Made by a program: the position numbers and the translations under genes
Notes under the pieces: generated by a model
Database searches by the model: none
What the model was told of the DNA's origin: nothing
The model's input: the letters and a program-made list of their open reading frames with translations, nothing else
Assembly (NCBI RefSeq): GCF_006345805.1
Contig: NC_043006.1
Location: forward strand, 51,646,001 to 51,710,000
Direction: 5' to 3'
From: Octopus sinensis
Lineage: Eukaryota
Length of the DNA stretch: 64,000 nt
Shown: positions 35,900 to 49,194 of the stretch, one piece after another
How positions within the stretch are numbered: the first letter of the stretch is position 1
Layout: each line of letters opens with the position of its first letter

Positions 35900-37150
35900 A
35901 TCATATGTGGCTGAAATGAGCTTCACCATACAGCCATGCTTGCAACTCTTATATCTATGTGTGGAGGGTTGGGCATGCCATAGTTAATGATGTGCAGACA
36001 TGTGCTGAGACTGCGACATTTCCAGCACTTCATAGATGATGGTAAACAGGTTTGGTTGCTGTTTGTGAGACATACCTTCCCATAGCTCATCTCTTTGACT
36101 GAACTGCAATCGTGGATCAAATAGAAACCGAAGCTGGGTGAATGGCACTGCAAGTGTTGCCATGCTCTTGAGCAACTCTGCTGTCTGGGATCAAACTTGT
36201 GTGACTTCAATTCCATAAAGGCGTTCTATAGAGGATTAGTGAAGGTGCGACGACATTCTTAGGGACAACCTGGGTGCCAATGAGGAATACCTGGCCTGCC
36301 TCTTCAGGACCACTTTTGGGCCGGAACTATGGACAATTTCCAGAGATCACTGACCTGGCAGTGCTATCGGGAAGCATTGTTCGTTTGGGATAAGCTCTAC
36401 AGGCATGGGTCAAGAAACACAGGACTGACTTGCTCGAGATGCGGTCAGAGCAATGAAACCGTTTTGCACACACTCATGCAATGTCCAAGCATTTCAGATC
36501 TGTGAGCTTATGTCGAATAGCTGCTGTCATGTGTTGGATGAATTCAGTTGTCAGCCGAGTCTTTTGTGAATATTGCCCTGCCACCTTCCTTCAACTGGTA
36601 AGACAAGGTAGTTTCCATTGTACTGGTGGCTATGGTGAAAGAATGTGTGTGGTGGACTCATGCAAAAAGTTTAGAGACAAACACTTTCCTCTCTGGCCAA
36701 CCTCTCATCAACTTCTTCAAGTATCACTTGAAGAGGAAAGTGAGAAAAGAGAAGGAAGTTTTGTCTAATGAAAAGGTCAACAAAAGGTGGGTGAATGTGG
36801 CAATGATGGTACGAATAGATGATGGAACCACCTTGAGCATGATCCTATAAAACAAAGAGAGAAAGAGCATCTTGCTCTCATGTTAATGTTTGCCCTTTCG
36901 TTTCTGAGGTTACCATGGTTCTTTTACGTAGGTTTTTCTTTCCACAGATAAACCTAGTTAATGTTACAGTTCTTCCCCCTTTTGGGAACTCTAATTGTTA
37001 ACTATGACTTTTGTGTTATTTCTCTGTTTACGCGTCCAAAAAAATGGGTTTTCTGTTCCCTTTTGATTGATTTTGAAAAAGAAAAATTCTACATTATATT
37101 GTCCCCTCTGTATTCGGCCCTACATGGCTAATAAAGAAATCTGTCTGTCT
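35900..37150 (+). mobile_element. L1/Tx1-clade LINE 3' fragment
   Basis: CCHC motif CSRCGQSNETVLHTLMQCP, then FFKYHLKRKVR...RWVNVA, AATAAA and (CTGT)n tail. Confidence 0.75.
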
Positions 37151-37356
37151 GATTGTTGGTCTGTCTGCCTACAACTCACACATGCATGCATGCAGAATGG
37201 ATATTCGTCTGATGTCGTAATGTATTAGGTATGTACTTTAAGTGCTTGGTTTGATTTACTTCTAAAACTCAAGCTTGAACTGCAGCTGAGAAAAAGTTGG
37301 TGTTGATGCTACCCTCAAAAATGGCTAGAAGTTGCTCATTCAAGAGCAGGTAGACA

Positions 37357-39430
37357 TCATCATCGTTTAACATTCGCTTTCCATGCTAGCATGGGTTGCA
37401 TGATTTGACTGAGGACTGGCGAACCAGATGGCTACACCAGGCTCCAATCTTGATCTGGCAGAATTCTACAGCTGGATGCCCTTCCTAACGCCAACCACTC
37501 CAAGAGTGTAGTGGGTGCTTTTACGTGCCAGTCAGGCAGTACTGGCAATGGCCATGCTCAAATGGTGTTTTTTATGTGCCACCTGCACAGGAGCCAGTCC
37601 AGCGGCACTGGCAACGACATCGCTCGAATGTTTTTACATGTGCCAGTAAGGCGATGCTGGTAATGGGCACGCTTGAATGGTGCTTTTTACGTGCCACCGG
37701 CACAGAAGCCAGTTAGCTGCTCTGGCAACGATCACGCTCGGATGATGCTCTTAGTGCTCCATTAGCACGGATGCCAGTCATTGAATTTGATTTCGATTTC
37801 ACTTACCTCAACAGGTCTTTGCAAGCAGAGTTTAGTGTCCAATGAAGGAAAGGTATGCATAAGTGGCTGGTTACACCCCTAGTATAGGCCACGTGGTTAT
37901 GGTCTCACTTGGCTTGCCGGGTCTTCTCAAGCACAGCATATTTCCAAAAGTCCACTAATATTCGAAGGTCATGCTTCACCACTTCATCCCAGGTCTTCCT
38001 GGGTCTATCTCTTTCACAGGTTCTCTTAACCGCTAGGGTGTGGCACTTTTTCATGCAGCTATCCTCATCCATTCTCGCCACATGACCATACCAGCACAGT
38101 CATCTCTCTTGCACACCACATCTGATGCTTCATAGGTCCAACTTTTCTCTCAAGGTACTTACACTCTGTCGAGTATGCACACTGACATTACACATCCATC
38201 AGATCATACTGGCTTCATTCCTTGTGAGCTTATGTATATCCTCAGCAGTCATGGCCCATGTTTCACTGCTATGTAGCATGGCTGTTCGTACATATACGTC
38301 ATACAGTCTACCTTTTACTCTGAGCGAGAGGCCCTTTGTCACCAGCAGAGGTAAGTGCTCTCTGAACTTTGCCCAAGCTATTCTTATTCTAGCAGCTACA
38401 CTTTCAGCGCACCCTCCCCCGCTACTGACTTGGTCACCTAGGTAACAGAAGCTATCAACTACTACTAGTTTTTCTCCCTGGAATGTGGCAGAAGTTGTTC
38501 TCTGCACAGTTTCAGTGTTTATTGCTTCTGAGCATATGCCACATACAAAAACTATCTTCCCAGTTAGCCTTCCTTTGATATTGCTGTGCCTCTTATGTGT
38601 CCATAGCTTACACTGGGTACATCTTATAGAGTTTCTACCTACGCCTTTTCTACAGATTGAGCAGGGCCATCTACCTGAAGGGATTTGTGGTTTGCCTGCC
38701 TTCCTACTTATTAGGACTTTGGTTTTAGCTAGGTTGACTCTAAGGCCCTTCGATTCTAATCCTTGTTCCCACACCTGAAACTTCTCCCCGAGTTCTGGTA
38801 GCAACTCAACAATTTGAGCAAGGTCATCAGCATAGAGGAGCTCCCAGGGGCATCCTGTCTTGAATTCCTCTGTTATTGCCTGGAGGACTATGATAAATAG
38901 GAGGGGGCTGAGAACTGAACCTTGGTGGACCTCTACCTGGAATTCTTTACTGTATTCGTTGCCAACCCTCACCTTACTGACAGCATTCCTGTACATGGCT
39001 TGCACAGCTCTCACTAACCATTCATCTATCCCTAGTTTCCTCATTGACCACCAGATAAGGGATCTGGGGACTCTGTCAAAGGCTTTCTCCATGTCAACGA
39101 AAGCCAGGTGCAGAGGTTTATCTTTGGTTAGGTATTTCTCCTGCAGCTGTCTTACCACAAATACAGCATCAGTGTTGCTTTTCCCTGGCACGAACCCATA
39201 CTGCATCCCATCTAAACTGACTCTCTCCCTAATTAGTTGGGCTATGACCCTCTCCGTGACCTTCATTACCTGATCCACAACTTGATACTTCTGTAATTAT
39301 TTGTATCTAAAGCATCACCTTTATCTTTGTAGCAATTGACTATAGTGCTGCTACACCAGTCATTGGGTATGACTGCTTCGTGTATCTCTGGTTAACTATA
39401 CGGGTGACCAGGCTATAGCCGACACTGTCA
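37357..39430 (-). mobile_element. RTE-clade LINE, 5'-truncated (RT + Cys/His finger + 3'UTR)
   Basis: ORF 38199-39278: QYGFVPG, FVDMEKAFDRVP, HQGSVLSPLLF, LYADDL. (GAT)n tail. Confidence 0.93.
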
Positions 39431-39439
39431 GATATATAT

Positions 39440-39800
39440 ATTAGAAATAGAGAAATAATAAATGAGCAAAACATGGGGTATCACTTTAGAATATTTAATT
39501 TATGATTTAAACATATAACAGTAGTTATAGTAAATACATTAAGTCTCTTACAGCTATTTCTAGAATAGTTAATCTTGTGATGCATATGTTATTAACCAAG
39601 GATTTCCACAAGCTAATTATTCCGTTGTCGGAGAGAGAGGAATAAATAAAAAATATCTTTAATCAAGGATATTAGTAGTTACCATTTCGTTCAAGAATTA
39701 AGGAGTGTTCATTGTAAAAAGATAATAGTGGTTGGTAGTTCCATAACTGAAGAATTAAGGAAATCCTTAATAAAAAAATAAATAATCCATTAGTAATTCC
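39440..39800 (-). mobile_element. Probable Penelope pseudo-LTR fragment with a degenerate hammerhead
   Basis: Minus-strand ctctc-cgacaa-cggaata...tattcta-GAAAtagctgta-agag. The core is mutated. Confidence 0.4.
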
Positions 39801-39881
39801 AATACATACACACACATCATCATCATCATTTAACGTCCATCTTCCATGCATATATATTTATATATATATATATATATATAT

Positions 39882-42538
39882 GTCTCACTAAGGAAATGTC
39901 TAGAGACCGAGACCTATGGGGGTGTGCTGTGCGTGGGAGGACCCGGCAAGACTAGTCAGGCCATAACCCGTGGCCCCTACCTGGGACGTAGTCAGTCCAC
40001 CTGTGCATACCTTCCTTCTTGTGACACTTATGAAGACCTGTTGAGGCAAGTGAAAATCAAATCAAAACAAATCAAAATAGATGAACATCAATGGAATTGT
40101 ATCTTTGTGGTACCAGTGCCGGTGGCACACAAGAAAACCACCCGAACGTGGCCGTAGCCAGTACCGCATCGACTGGCCTCCGTGCTGTGAACACAACAAA
40201 CACCATCCGATCGTGGCCGTTCGCCAGCCTCATCTGGCACCTGTGTCGGTGGCACATAAAAACACCATCCGAAGACCCGGCGACGTAGTCAGTCCACCTG
40301 TGCATACCTTCCCTCTTATGACACTTGTGAAGACCTGTTGAGGCAAGTGTGTGACACTTGTGAAGACCTGTTGAGGCAGAGGCAAGTGTGTGACACTTTG
40401 TGAAGACCTGTTGAGGCAGAGGCAAGTGTGTGACACTTGTGGAGACCTGTTGAGGCAAGTGTGTGACACTTGTGAAGACCTGTTGAGGCAAGTGAAAATC
40501 AAACCAAATCAAAATAGATGAACATCAATGGAATTTGTATCTTTGTGGTACCAGTACCGGTGGCACACAAGAAAACCATCCGAACATGGCCGTAGCCAGT
40601 ACCGCATCGACTGGCCTCCGTGCTGTGGGCACAACAAACACCATCCGATCGTGGCCGTTCGCCAGCCTCATCTGGCACCTGTGTCGGTGGCACATAAAAA
40701 CACCATCCAAAGACCCGGCGACGTAGTCAGTCCACCTGTGCATACCTTCCTTCTTATGACACTTGTGAAGACCTGTTGAGGCAAGTGTGTGACACTTGTT
40801 GAGGCAAGTGTGTGACACTTGTGAAGACCTGTTGAGGCAGAGGCAAGTGTGTGACACTTTGTGAAGACCTGTTGAGGCAGAGGCAAGTGTGTGACACTTG
40901 TGAAGACCTGTTGAGGCAAGTGAAAATCAAATCAAACCAAATCAAAATAGATGAACATCAATGGAATTTGTATCTTTGTGGTACCAGTACCGGTGGCACG
41001 CAAGAAAACCATCCGAACGTGGCCGTAGCCAGTACCGCATCGACTGGCCTCTGTGATGTGGGCACATAACAAACACCATCCGATCGTGGTGGCCCCACCT
41101 GGGACGTAGTCAGTCCACCTGTGCATACCTTCCTTCTTGTGACACTTGTGAAGACCTGTTGAGGCAAGTGAAAATCAACAAATCAACAAATCAAAAAATC
41201 AAAACAAATCAAAATAGATGAACATCAATGGAATCTGTATCTCTGTGGTACCAGTGCCGGTGGCACACAAGAAAACCATCCGAACGTGGCTGTAGCCAGT
41301 ACCGCATCGACTGGCCTCCGTGCTGTGGGCACATAACAAACGCCATCCGATCGTGGCCGTTCGCCAGCCTCATCTGGCACCTGTCCGAAGACCCGGCAAG
41401 ACTAGTCAGGCCATAGCCCGTGGCCCCTTCCTGGGACGTAGTCAGTCCACCTGTGCATACCTTCCTTCTTATGACACTTGTGAAGACCTGTTGAGGCAAG
41501 TGCTAATCAAATCAAATGACACTTGTGAAGACCTGTTGAGGCAAGTGCTAATCAAATCAAATGACACTTGTGAAGACCTGTTGAGGCAAGTGATAATAAT
41601 AATAATAATAATCATAATCATAATCAAATCAAATCAAAACAAATCAAAATAGATGAACATCAATGGAATTTGTATCTTTGTGGTACCAATGCCGGTGGCA
41701 CACAAGAAAACCATCCGAACGTGGCCGTAGCCAGTACCACATCGACTGGCCTCCGTGCTGTGGGCACGTAACAAACACCATCCGATCGTGGCCGTTCGCC
41801 AGCCTCATCTGGCACCTGTGTTGGTGGGACATAAAAACACCATCCAAAGACCCGGCAAGACTAGTCAGGCCATAACCCGTGGCCCCTACCTGGGACGTAG
41901 TCAGTCTACCTGTGCATACCTTCCTTCTTATGACACTTGTGAAGACCTGTTGAGGCAAGTATGTGACACTTGTGAAGACCTGTTGAGGCAAGTGTGTGAC
42001 AGTTGTGAAGACCTGTTGAGGCAAGTGAAAATCAAACCAAATCAAAATAGATGAACATCAATGGAATTTGTATCTTTGTGGTACCAGTGCCGGTGGCACA
42101 CAAGAAAACCATCCGAACGTGGCCGTAGCCAGTACCGCATCGACTGGCCTCCGTGCTGTGGGCACGTAACAAACACCATCCGATCGTGGCCGTTCGCCAG
42201 CCTCATCTGGCACTTGTGTCGGTGGCACATAAAAACACCATCCGAGCGTGGCTGTCTGCCAGCCTCGTCTGGCACCTGTGTCGGTGGCACATAAAAAAAA
42301 ACACCATCCGAGCGTGGCCGTTCGCCAGCCTTGTCTGGCACCTGTGTCAGTGGCACATAAAATCACCCACTACACTCTCGGAGTGGTTGGCGTTAGGAAG
42401 GGCATCCAGCTGTAGAAACACTGCCAGATCTGACTGGCCTGGTGCAGCCTTCGGGCTCCCCAGACTCCAGTTGAACCGTCCAACCCATGCTAGCATGGAA
42501 AGCGGACGTTAAATGAGGATGATGATGATGATGATGAT
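39882..42538 (+). repeat. RTE 3' end whose 3'UTR is expanded into a ~6-unit higher-order tandem array
   Basis: Starts with an RTE ORF C-terminus (LTKEMSRDRDLW..RTRQD*). Marker aatcaaaatagatgaacatcaatgg at ~40070, 40507, 40940, 41207, 41642 and 42040. Ends with the (GAT)n tail. Confidence 0.9.
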
Positions 42539-42544
42539 ATATAT

Positions 42545-42578
<34 letters not shown>

Positions 42579-42671
42579 AAATGTATATATTTAATTGTGC
42601 ATAACTACACACATTAATTTATGATCATGTATATATTTATAATGAAGTATTAATCACTTTATCAATATCAG

Positions 42672-42729
42672 GTGCGGCTTGATTTAGTTTTGAGCTATAT
42701 TGGAGAGCCTGATTCCACTACAAACCAAG
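42672..42729 (+). CDS. CFAP119: CFAP119 gene A exon 7 (VRLDLVLSYIGEPDSTTNQ)
   Basis: aatatcag|GTGCGG...CAAG|GTAAGC, 58 nt. Matches VRLDLSLTYMG. Confidence 0.92.
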
Positions 42730-44552
42730 GTAAGCAGCAATTGTTTCATATTTTGAAAACAGTAGCAAGTGTTAGCTAATTCTGCAAATTCATAAATTTG
42801 CACAAGTTATTCAGCCTTCATAATACTTTGCAATTATGAAAGGATAGTGTTCATAAATATTTTTCCTCATATAAGGTCTCAAGACTCATTTCTTTTCACA
42901 GCACATAAACTTACGTTAATTTATAAATTTTACTAATTTGATAATTAACACATCTAACTTAAAATGGATGTGTTTAGATTGTGTTAAACTGTTAATGTCC
43001 AGAGATAATATATCATGTTGATGACGTGTTAATAAAGCACTGACTAAAAGACTATAGACTAATTTCAAATTATCAAGTTATGTTGTACTGAAGGGCCCAT
43101 AATGATGGCAAAATGGCATTATCTACTGCTACTGAAATATCTAATAAATGGATTTCATGGAAATATGGATACATTATTTGCTCTTTCACTCATAGGAAAA
43201 AGATCTCTTACGATAAAAAACTAAAACACCAGATAAAATATAAACTTAAAATCGGTTCTCTCCCCTTAAGGATAATATCACCCTCTCTCTCTCTCTCATC
43301 CCATAGTAGGACCTCTGAGGCTGATAGGAAATGGAAGAAGAAACCACGACTCATGGGTTACTATAACAGGAAGGAACACAACTATTTCCTGAATCCTGCT
43401 CTAAATTTTTACAACAGTATAGACTCTGCTTAATCTCATGTTTGTGCAGGGTGGATTCCACTAATACATGACTTGTGGGTTGCTATAGTAAGAACCATAA
43501 TAATATATTAAAACCTGCTTTGAATGTTTACCACAGTGAGGACTCTGCTAACATATGACTCATGTATTGCTACAGTTGGAGAAACTGCAACAAATTAGTG
43601 AGACTTGCCTTAAGTATTTACAGCAATTCAATATCTCTACCTGGTCATGGGTAAGGTCGTGATATTCAACTGCATTGTGGATTCAGTGTTCAGATGAAGA
43701 ATAAGTACTGTCTGACTGGCTTCCACTCAGCTTCTAACCAGTTTCTTTCTCAAAGACGGTGATTCTGATGCTATGGTAGAATAGACTTCAGGGAGGTGTT
43801 GTCTACTGAGATCAAATTTGTAACTAAGTGACTGAGAATTGAACTTGTTAATCACACAGTCAGGTCTGTATATGTAGATTTGACTAATGATATTTGACTT
43901 AATGGTTTTGTGATTTAATAATATATTAACCTTCAACTAATTGGTAATTTAGTTATATTGATTCCAACTACAGGCTAGGATATGAAGTTAGATCTCTCTC
44001 TGTGATACCTGTGCCGGTGGCACGTAAAAAGCACCATCTGAACATGGTCGATACCAGCGCCACCTTGACTGGCTTCTGTGCCGGTGACACATAAAAGGCA
44101 GCAACCAATTGTGGCCGCTGCCAGCCTCCCTTGGCACCTGTGCCGGTGGCACGTAAAAAGCACCCACTACACTCACGGAGTGGTTGGCGTTAGGAAGGGC
44201 ATCCAGCTGTAGAAACACTGCCAGATCAGACTGGAGCTTGGTGCAGCCTCCTGGCTTCCCAGAACCCGGTCGAACCATCCAACTGGTGCTAGCACGGAAA
44301 ACGGATGTTAAACGATGATGATAATGATTACAATTGTTCATAGGACAGCAAGCTGGCAGAACTGTTAGCATGCCAGGCAAAATGCTTAGCAGTATTTCAT
44401 CCATCTTTACATTCTGAATTCAAATTCTGCTGAGGTCAGCTGTTCCTTTTATCCTTTCAGGGTTGAAAAAATAAGTACCTGTTGATCACTGGGGTTGATG
44501 TAATCCCCTCCTCTGAAATTACTGCCTTGGCCAAAATTTGAAATTTACTACT

Positions 44553-46435
44553 TTCATCATCATCATTTTATGCCCATTTTCCATGCTGGCATGGGTTGGA
44601 TGGTTTTGACAGGAGCTGACCAGCTTAAGGGCTCTTCAGGTTCCATGTCTGTTTTGGTATGGTTTCTACAGCTGGATACCCTTCCAAATGCCAACCACTC
44701 TACAGAGTGTACTGGGTACTTTTTATATGGCACCAGCACTAACGAGCCCACAAGACTAGGGATGCTCAGCTGGAAAGGGTTGCAGGAGGCAAGCCTATAT
44801 GCAAGGGCAACCATGCTTTTACTTAGCTTGATGTGTCTTTTCAAGCACAGCAAACTGCCAAGAGTCTCAGTTCCCTGTCATCCCTTCTTTGAGTCCCAGT
44901 GTCTGTAAATCCTTTCTCACCACTTTGTCCCATGTCTTCCTGGGTCTATCCTTTCCACATGTTCCCCATACAATTAGAAATTGGCACCTTTCATAGCTAT
45001 ACCAGTGCAGTCTTTTCTGTTGCACACTACATCTGATGCTACGTATACCCAGTTTTTCTCTCAAATCATTTATACTGTCATATATCCATCCAACGAAGCA
45101 TACTGGTTTAATTTCTTTCAAATCTTTGCATATCCTCAATAGCCACAGCCCATGTCTCACTGCCATGTAGCATAGCTGTTAGTACATTGGCATCATACAA
45201 TTTGCCTTTCAGTCTGAGGGAGAGGCTCTCTGAACTTTGCCCAACCTATTCTTATCCTAGCAGCTATGCTTTTGGAACAACCACTCCCACTACTAACTTG
45301 GTAATCTAAGTAATGGAAACTGTCTACTACTTCTAGGGATCCTCACTGGCATATGAGGGAGTCTATTTTTTGTACATTCTTAGTGTTTAATGTACCTGCA
45401 CATCTGCCACATGCAAAGGTTACCTTTTCCATTAGTCGTTCAGTGATACTGTTACACCCCTTATGTGTCCATAACTTGCACTGGGTACATCTTATGGAGT
45501 TTCTCCTGACATCTCTACATATTGAGCAGGGCTATCTCCCTGAAGGGATCTGCAATTTGCCTGTTTTCCTACTTATCAATACTTTGGTCTTTGCTAAATT
45601 AACTCTAAGGCCCTTTGATTTCAGACCTTGCTTCCATACCTGAAATTTCTTCTCTAGTTCTGGTAGTAATTCAGTAATAAGAACAAAGTCATCAGCATAG
45701 GGGAGCTCCCAAGGGCAGCCAGTCTTAAATTCCTCCGTTATGGCATGGAGGACCATGATAAATAAGAGGGGGCTAAGGACTGAATCCTGGTGGATTCCTA
45801 CTTGTACACTAAACTCCTTGGCAACTCTCACCTTACTAACAACATTCTTGTACATGGCTCATACAGCTCTCACAAACCACTCATCTATCCCTCTAGATAA
45901 GGGAACAGAGAACAGGAAACCTGTCAAAGGCTTTCTTCATGTTAACAAAAACCAGAAACAGCGGTTTATTTTGGGCCAAGTATTTCCTCTGCAGTTACTT
46001 TACCAGAAAGATAGCATTGGTGGTGCTTCTCCCTGGCACAAGTTTAAACTACATCTCATCTATGCTAACTCTCTTTCTAATTAATTGAGCCAAGACCCTT
46101 TCTGCAATTTTCATCACCTGGTCCAGTAATTTGATACCTCTGTAATTATTTCTGTCTAGGGCATTACCTTTGTCTTTGTAGCAGTTGACTTATAATGCTG
46201 CTACATCAACCATTGGGTATGATTCCCTTGTGGACAGCCTGATTAACTATATGGGTGACCAGGTTATATCCCACCCCACCTCACCAAAGATTTTAAGCAT
46301 CTCAGCAGTGACTTTCAATGGGCCAGAGGCTTTCCTTGTCTTCATGTCCTTAATTGCTTTATCTGCTAAGCTACAGTTGATTCAGTTAGCCAACCCCTCT
46401 GTCAGGTTCATATTGGACAGGCTCTCCTCCCATGC
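44553..46435 (-). mobile_element. Older RTE copy of the same family as 37357-39430
   Basis: GIHQDSVLSPLLF...ELPYADDF...GLRVNLAKTKVL, with frameshifts. Confidence 0.9.
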
Positions 46436-46695
46436 ACTTTCTAATACTATTGTTATAACTTCTAACACTGTCAAGTTATTCCTTCTAGCACATGATGATG
46501 TAGTCAGGTTATAAGAAAACTAAAATAGACACAAATATGTAAAAACTAAATTGAGGTTAGGTTAGATGTTATTCATTTGTAAGGTTTTTATTTAGAGAAA
46601 ATAAATGTGAATCAAATATAAAACAGCTGTCTTCCTGAAAATTTGTTTTCCAAAGCTTTTCAAGATTTTTTTTTCTTTTTAAATTTCAAATGAAG

Positions 46696-46809
46696 AAACA
46701 GATTTTGATCCTGAAAAGGAGAGGAAGAACATGAAATCTAGAAATTCAGATTTTGTTTCAGGAGATGAAAACATTGAACAAAAGGAGTTGGAAAAGATTG
46801 CTGAAAAAG
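46696..46809 (+). CDS. CFAP119: CFAP119 gene A exon 8, acidic linker (ETDFDPEKERKNMKSRNSDFVSGDENIEQKELEKIAEK)
   Basis: Polypyrimidine tract, then AG; an in-frame alternative acceptor would start the exon at 46702. Donor AAAG|GTTTGT. Phases 1/1 fit exons 7 and 9. E/K-rich like the vertebrate linker. Confidence 0.7.
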
Positions 46810-47087
46810 GTTTGTTAGCAGTACCTTAAATAGATTCAGAAGATAATTTTTACAGACTATTAATCTCATATTTACATTATGCATATCTACACAGTATTTT
46901 GATTGGTTCTATCTCCAATCATTATCAAGTACCTTTATTCTAAGATACGTACATAATTCCACACTAGGTTTGAACTAGAGATTTATATTTCTAAATTAAG
47001 GATAGTAATGTTCATATCCACTAAGCCACTACTATTAGTTTATCAATGGAAACATAGTGACTCTGTGTGTGTGTGTCTGCCTATATA

Positions 47088-48606
47088 CACTTAGAACCAA
47101 GCTAATAGCTTAGTGAGATTTAGGATTTCTTGGTTTTCTGTGAATTGATTTTGATAAAATTTTTCCCAGCTGCTTTGCACACTATGGCAACACCATTGTT
47201 ATGTTTTTATTATTCTGTGTAACGTCCTTTCTTTTTTATTTCAGATTCTTCGTTTTTTGGGTGAACCGCGCTAATAGTATCTTTCCTTTATGAGAACATT
47301 GAGTGGAAAAAGCATTAATGATGAAGTAAAGTCTGTCGTCATCAAGGAAAGTGCTAAAGGGACCTCTCTTCATATCATTGCTGAGAAGCTAGGTTGTCAT
47401 GTGGACATGGTTAGACGATTCTTGAAGAACCCTTCGCCACGGAAGAAATGATCCAATTGTGGGACCTTAAGGAATATTGGCCATAAGTTACATGGGAAAC
47501 CTGGAGAAACAAACAAAGCCATTTTCACTGGACTTCCTCATGTATTTCTGAACTTTCTCATGTACTGAAAACCACCAGAAATCGCATCCCTGGGACCATG
47601 GCTTCCATGCAAGAACTCTTGAAACTGCTTCCTTTAATGCCATGTCACAGGAGTTGGAGAGGCTTCAATGGGCACAAAAGTACATGACATTAGACATGAG
47701 TTGTGTTCTGTTCACTGATGACACCTGGGCGACCCTTAATGGACCTGATAGTTTAGGCAAATGTTTGGGTCTGTTTTGGAGACGAGCGACACCAACATTT
47801 ACGATGTCAAGAATAGGGTAGAGGAGTCATGTTGTGGGCTGGTACCATTGGAGATAGACTTGTTGGCTCAGTCAGGGTGCCTGAAGGGGTTAAAGTGACT
47901 GCAGTCACCTACTGCAATCTCCTGAAGGAGGTCTTGGATCCCTGGCTAGATGACATACTGCTGTCGCTTTTAAGGAATCTCATATTCATGCATGACAACA
48001 CTCCCTCTCACTCTGCTAGGACCACCCAAACATTACTAGGTCTTTACATCATACAAGGTGAAAGGTTGATAGCTTGGCCACCAGCATCTCTGGATCTCAA
48101 CCCTATCAAAAATCTTTAGTCCATCATTAAACAAGATGTTTATGCCAATGGACACCAATTTACATTGAAAGATGTCTTATGGGCGATCATCAAAGCTGCA
48201 GCAAAGGTAGTCCAACCTGCTACTATTAAGAAATTGACAGATTCCATGATTAATAGGGTTTTTGAAGTTATCTGTCGAAATGGTGCTCACGTGGCTAAAT
48301 AATTCATTATGTCAATAAATGTTATAATATTGTTATGGTTTTCTGTTAAATATATATTCAATGTATGCTTAATATGTATCATTACCTTTCGTTTTCTGGA
48401 GAAAAAAAATGCCTAATGGGCTATTTTCATTCAAAAGCTGAAGAATCTGAAGTAAAAACAGAAAGGATGTTACACAGAATAATCAAAACATAACAATGGT
48501 GTTGCATAGTGTGCAAACCGGCTGGGAAAAGTTTTATTAAAATCGATTCTCAGAAACCTGAGAAATCCTAAATTTCACTCTTAAGCTATTAGCGTGGTTC
48601 TGGGTG
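47088..48606 (+). mobile_element. Full-length but inactivated Tc1-like TRT (DD37E) transposon
   Basis: ~170-bp TIRs and a left TA. HTH from 47290. VLFTDD, GVMLWAG..G..RVPEGVK, FMHDN-x37-(E>K)NL. ORF end at ~48301. Confidence 0.9.
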
Positions 48607-48894
48607 TGTGTGTGTATATATATATATACCAAATAAGTTAGGGGTTGTGGATCCAACCTACTAAGGGATAATACTTATCCAATATACTGTTGGTATACTA
48701 CCTAAATTATTAATACACAAGTGTTTTTAATTGCAATGCAATGAACTCACTTATTGTATTAAATGGGTGAAGGTAAAGAAATATTTTACCATTAATTTAT
48801 TTTACAAATAAGAAAATGGAGAAACACATTAGTTAGTTTATCAGCTTTAGTATATTAGAATATTGTCTTATTTAATTAACAAAACTAGAACCAT

Positions 48895-49018
48895 CATCAT
48901 CATCATTGTTCGACTGTGGTCGAGACAATGGAATTTACTGTGTTACGCCAGACTTCACGGTCCATCATAGCATTACGGAGGTCCTGTTACTGGATGCCTG
49001 TATCCCTGGAGATACCTT
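48895..49018 (-). mobile_element. RTE-type LINE 3' end, part of the chimeric retrocopy
   Basis: Minus-strand ISRDTGIQ*QDLRNAMMDREVWRNTVN...* followed by a (TGA)n tail. Confidence 0.75.
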
Positions 49019-49194
49019 CGCTACACTGGAGGTATCAGCGGGCGCATCTCCCCCCGGCCTGAGAGGGTCGGGAAACCTCTGAATCACCTCCCGTGATAGG
49101 GATCGGGGCCTGGAACCAACCCCGTGAACGAGGAATTCCCGGTAGGCGTAGGTCATCAGCCCACGTCGATCACGTCCCTGCCCTTTGTACACAC
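49019..49194 (+). pseudogene. 18S rRNA fragment (3' region), dispersed copy
   Basis: cgctacactg...cgtgatagggatcgggg...gaacgaggaattccc...cgtccctgccctttgtacacac, universal SSU motifs. Confidence 0.92.

Noticed and set aside
40320-42030. 33-nt repeats resembling a CRISPR array, and the many overlapping ORFs here
   Set aside because: No unique spacers, no cas genes, eukaryotic context. The repeats derive from an RTE 3'UTR and the ORFs are by-products.
43641-43866. Minus-strand exon-like ORF (PDCVINKFNSQ...)
   Set aside because: No recognisable homology or partner exons.
46557-46583. VRLDVIHL motif mimicking exon 7
   Set aside because: Poor acceptor and an immediate stop; the true exon is 42672-42729.
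49019-49194. Functional rRNA gene
   Set aside because: Only ~175 bp, inside a TSD-flanked retro-insertion.
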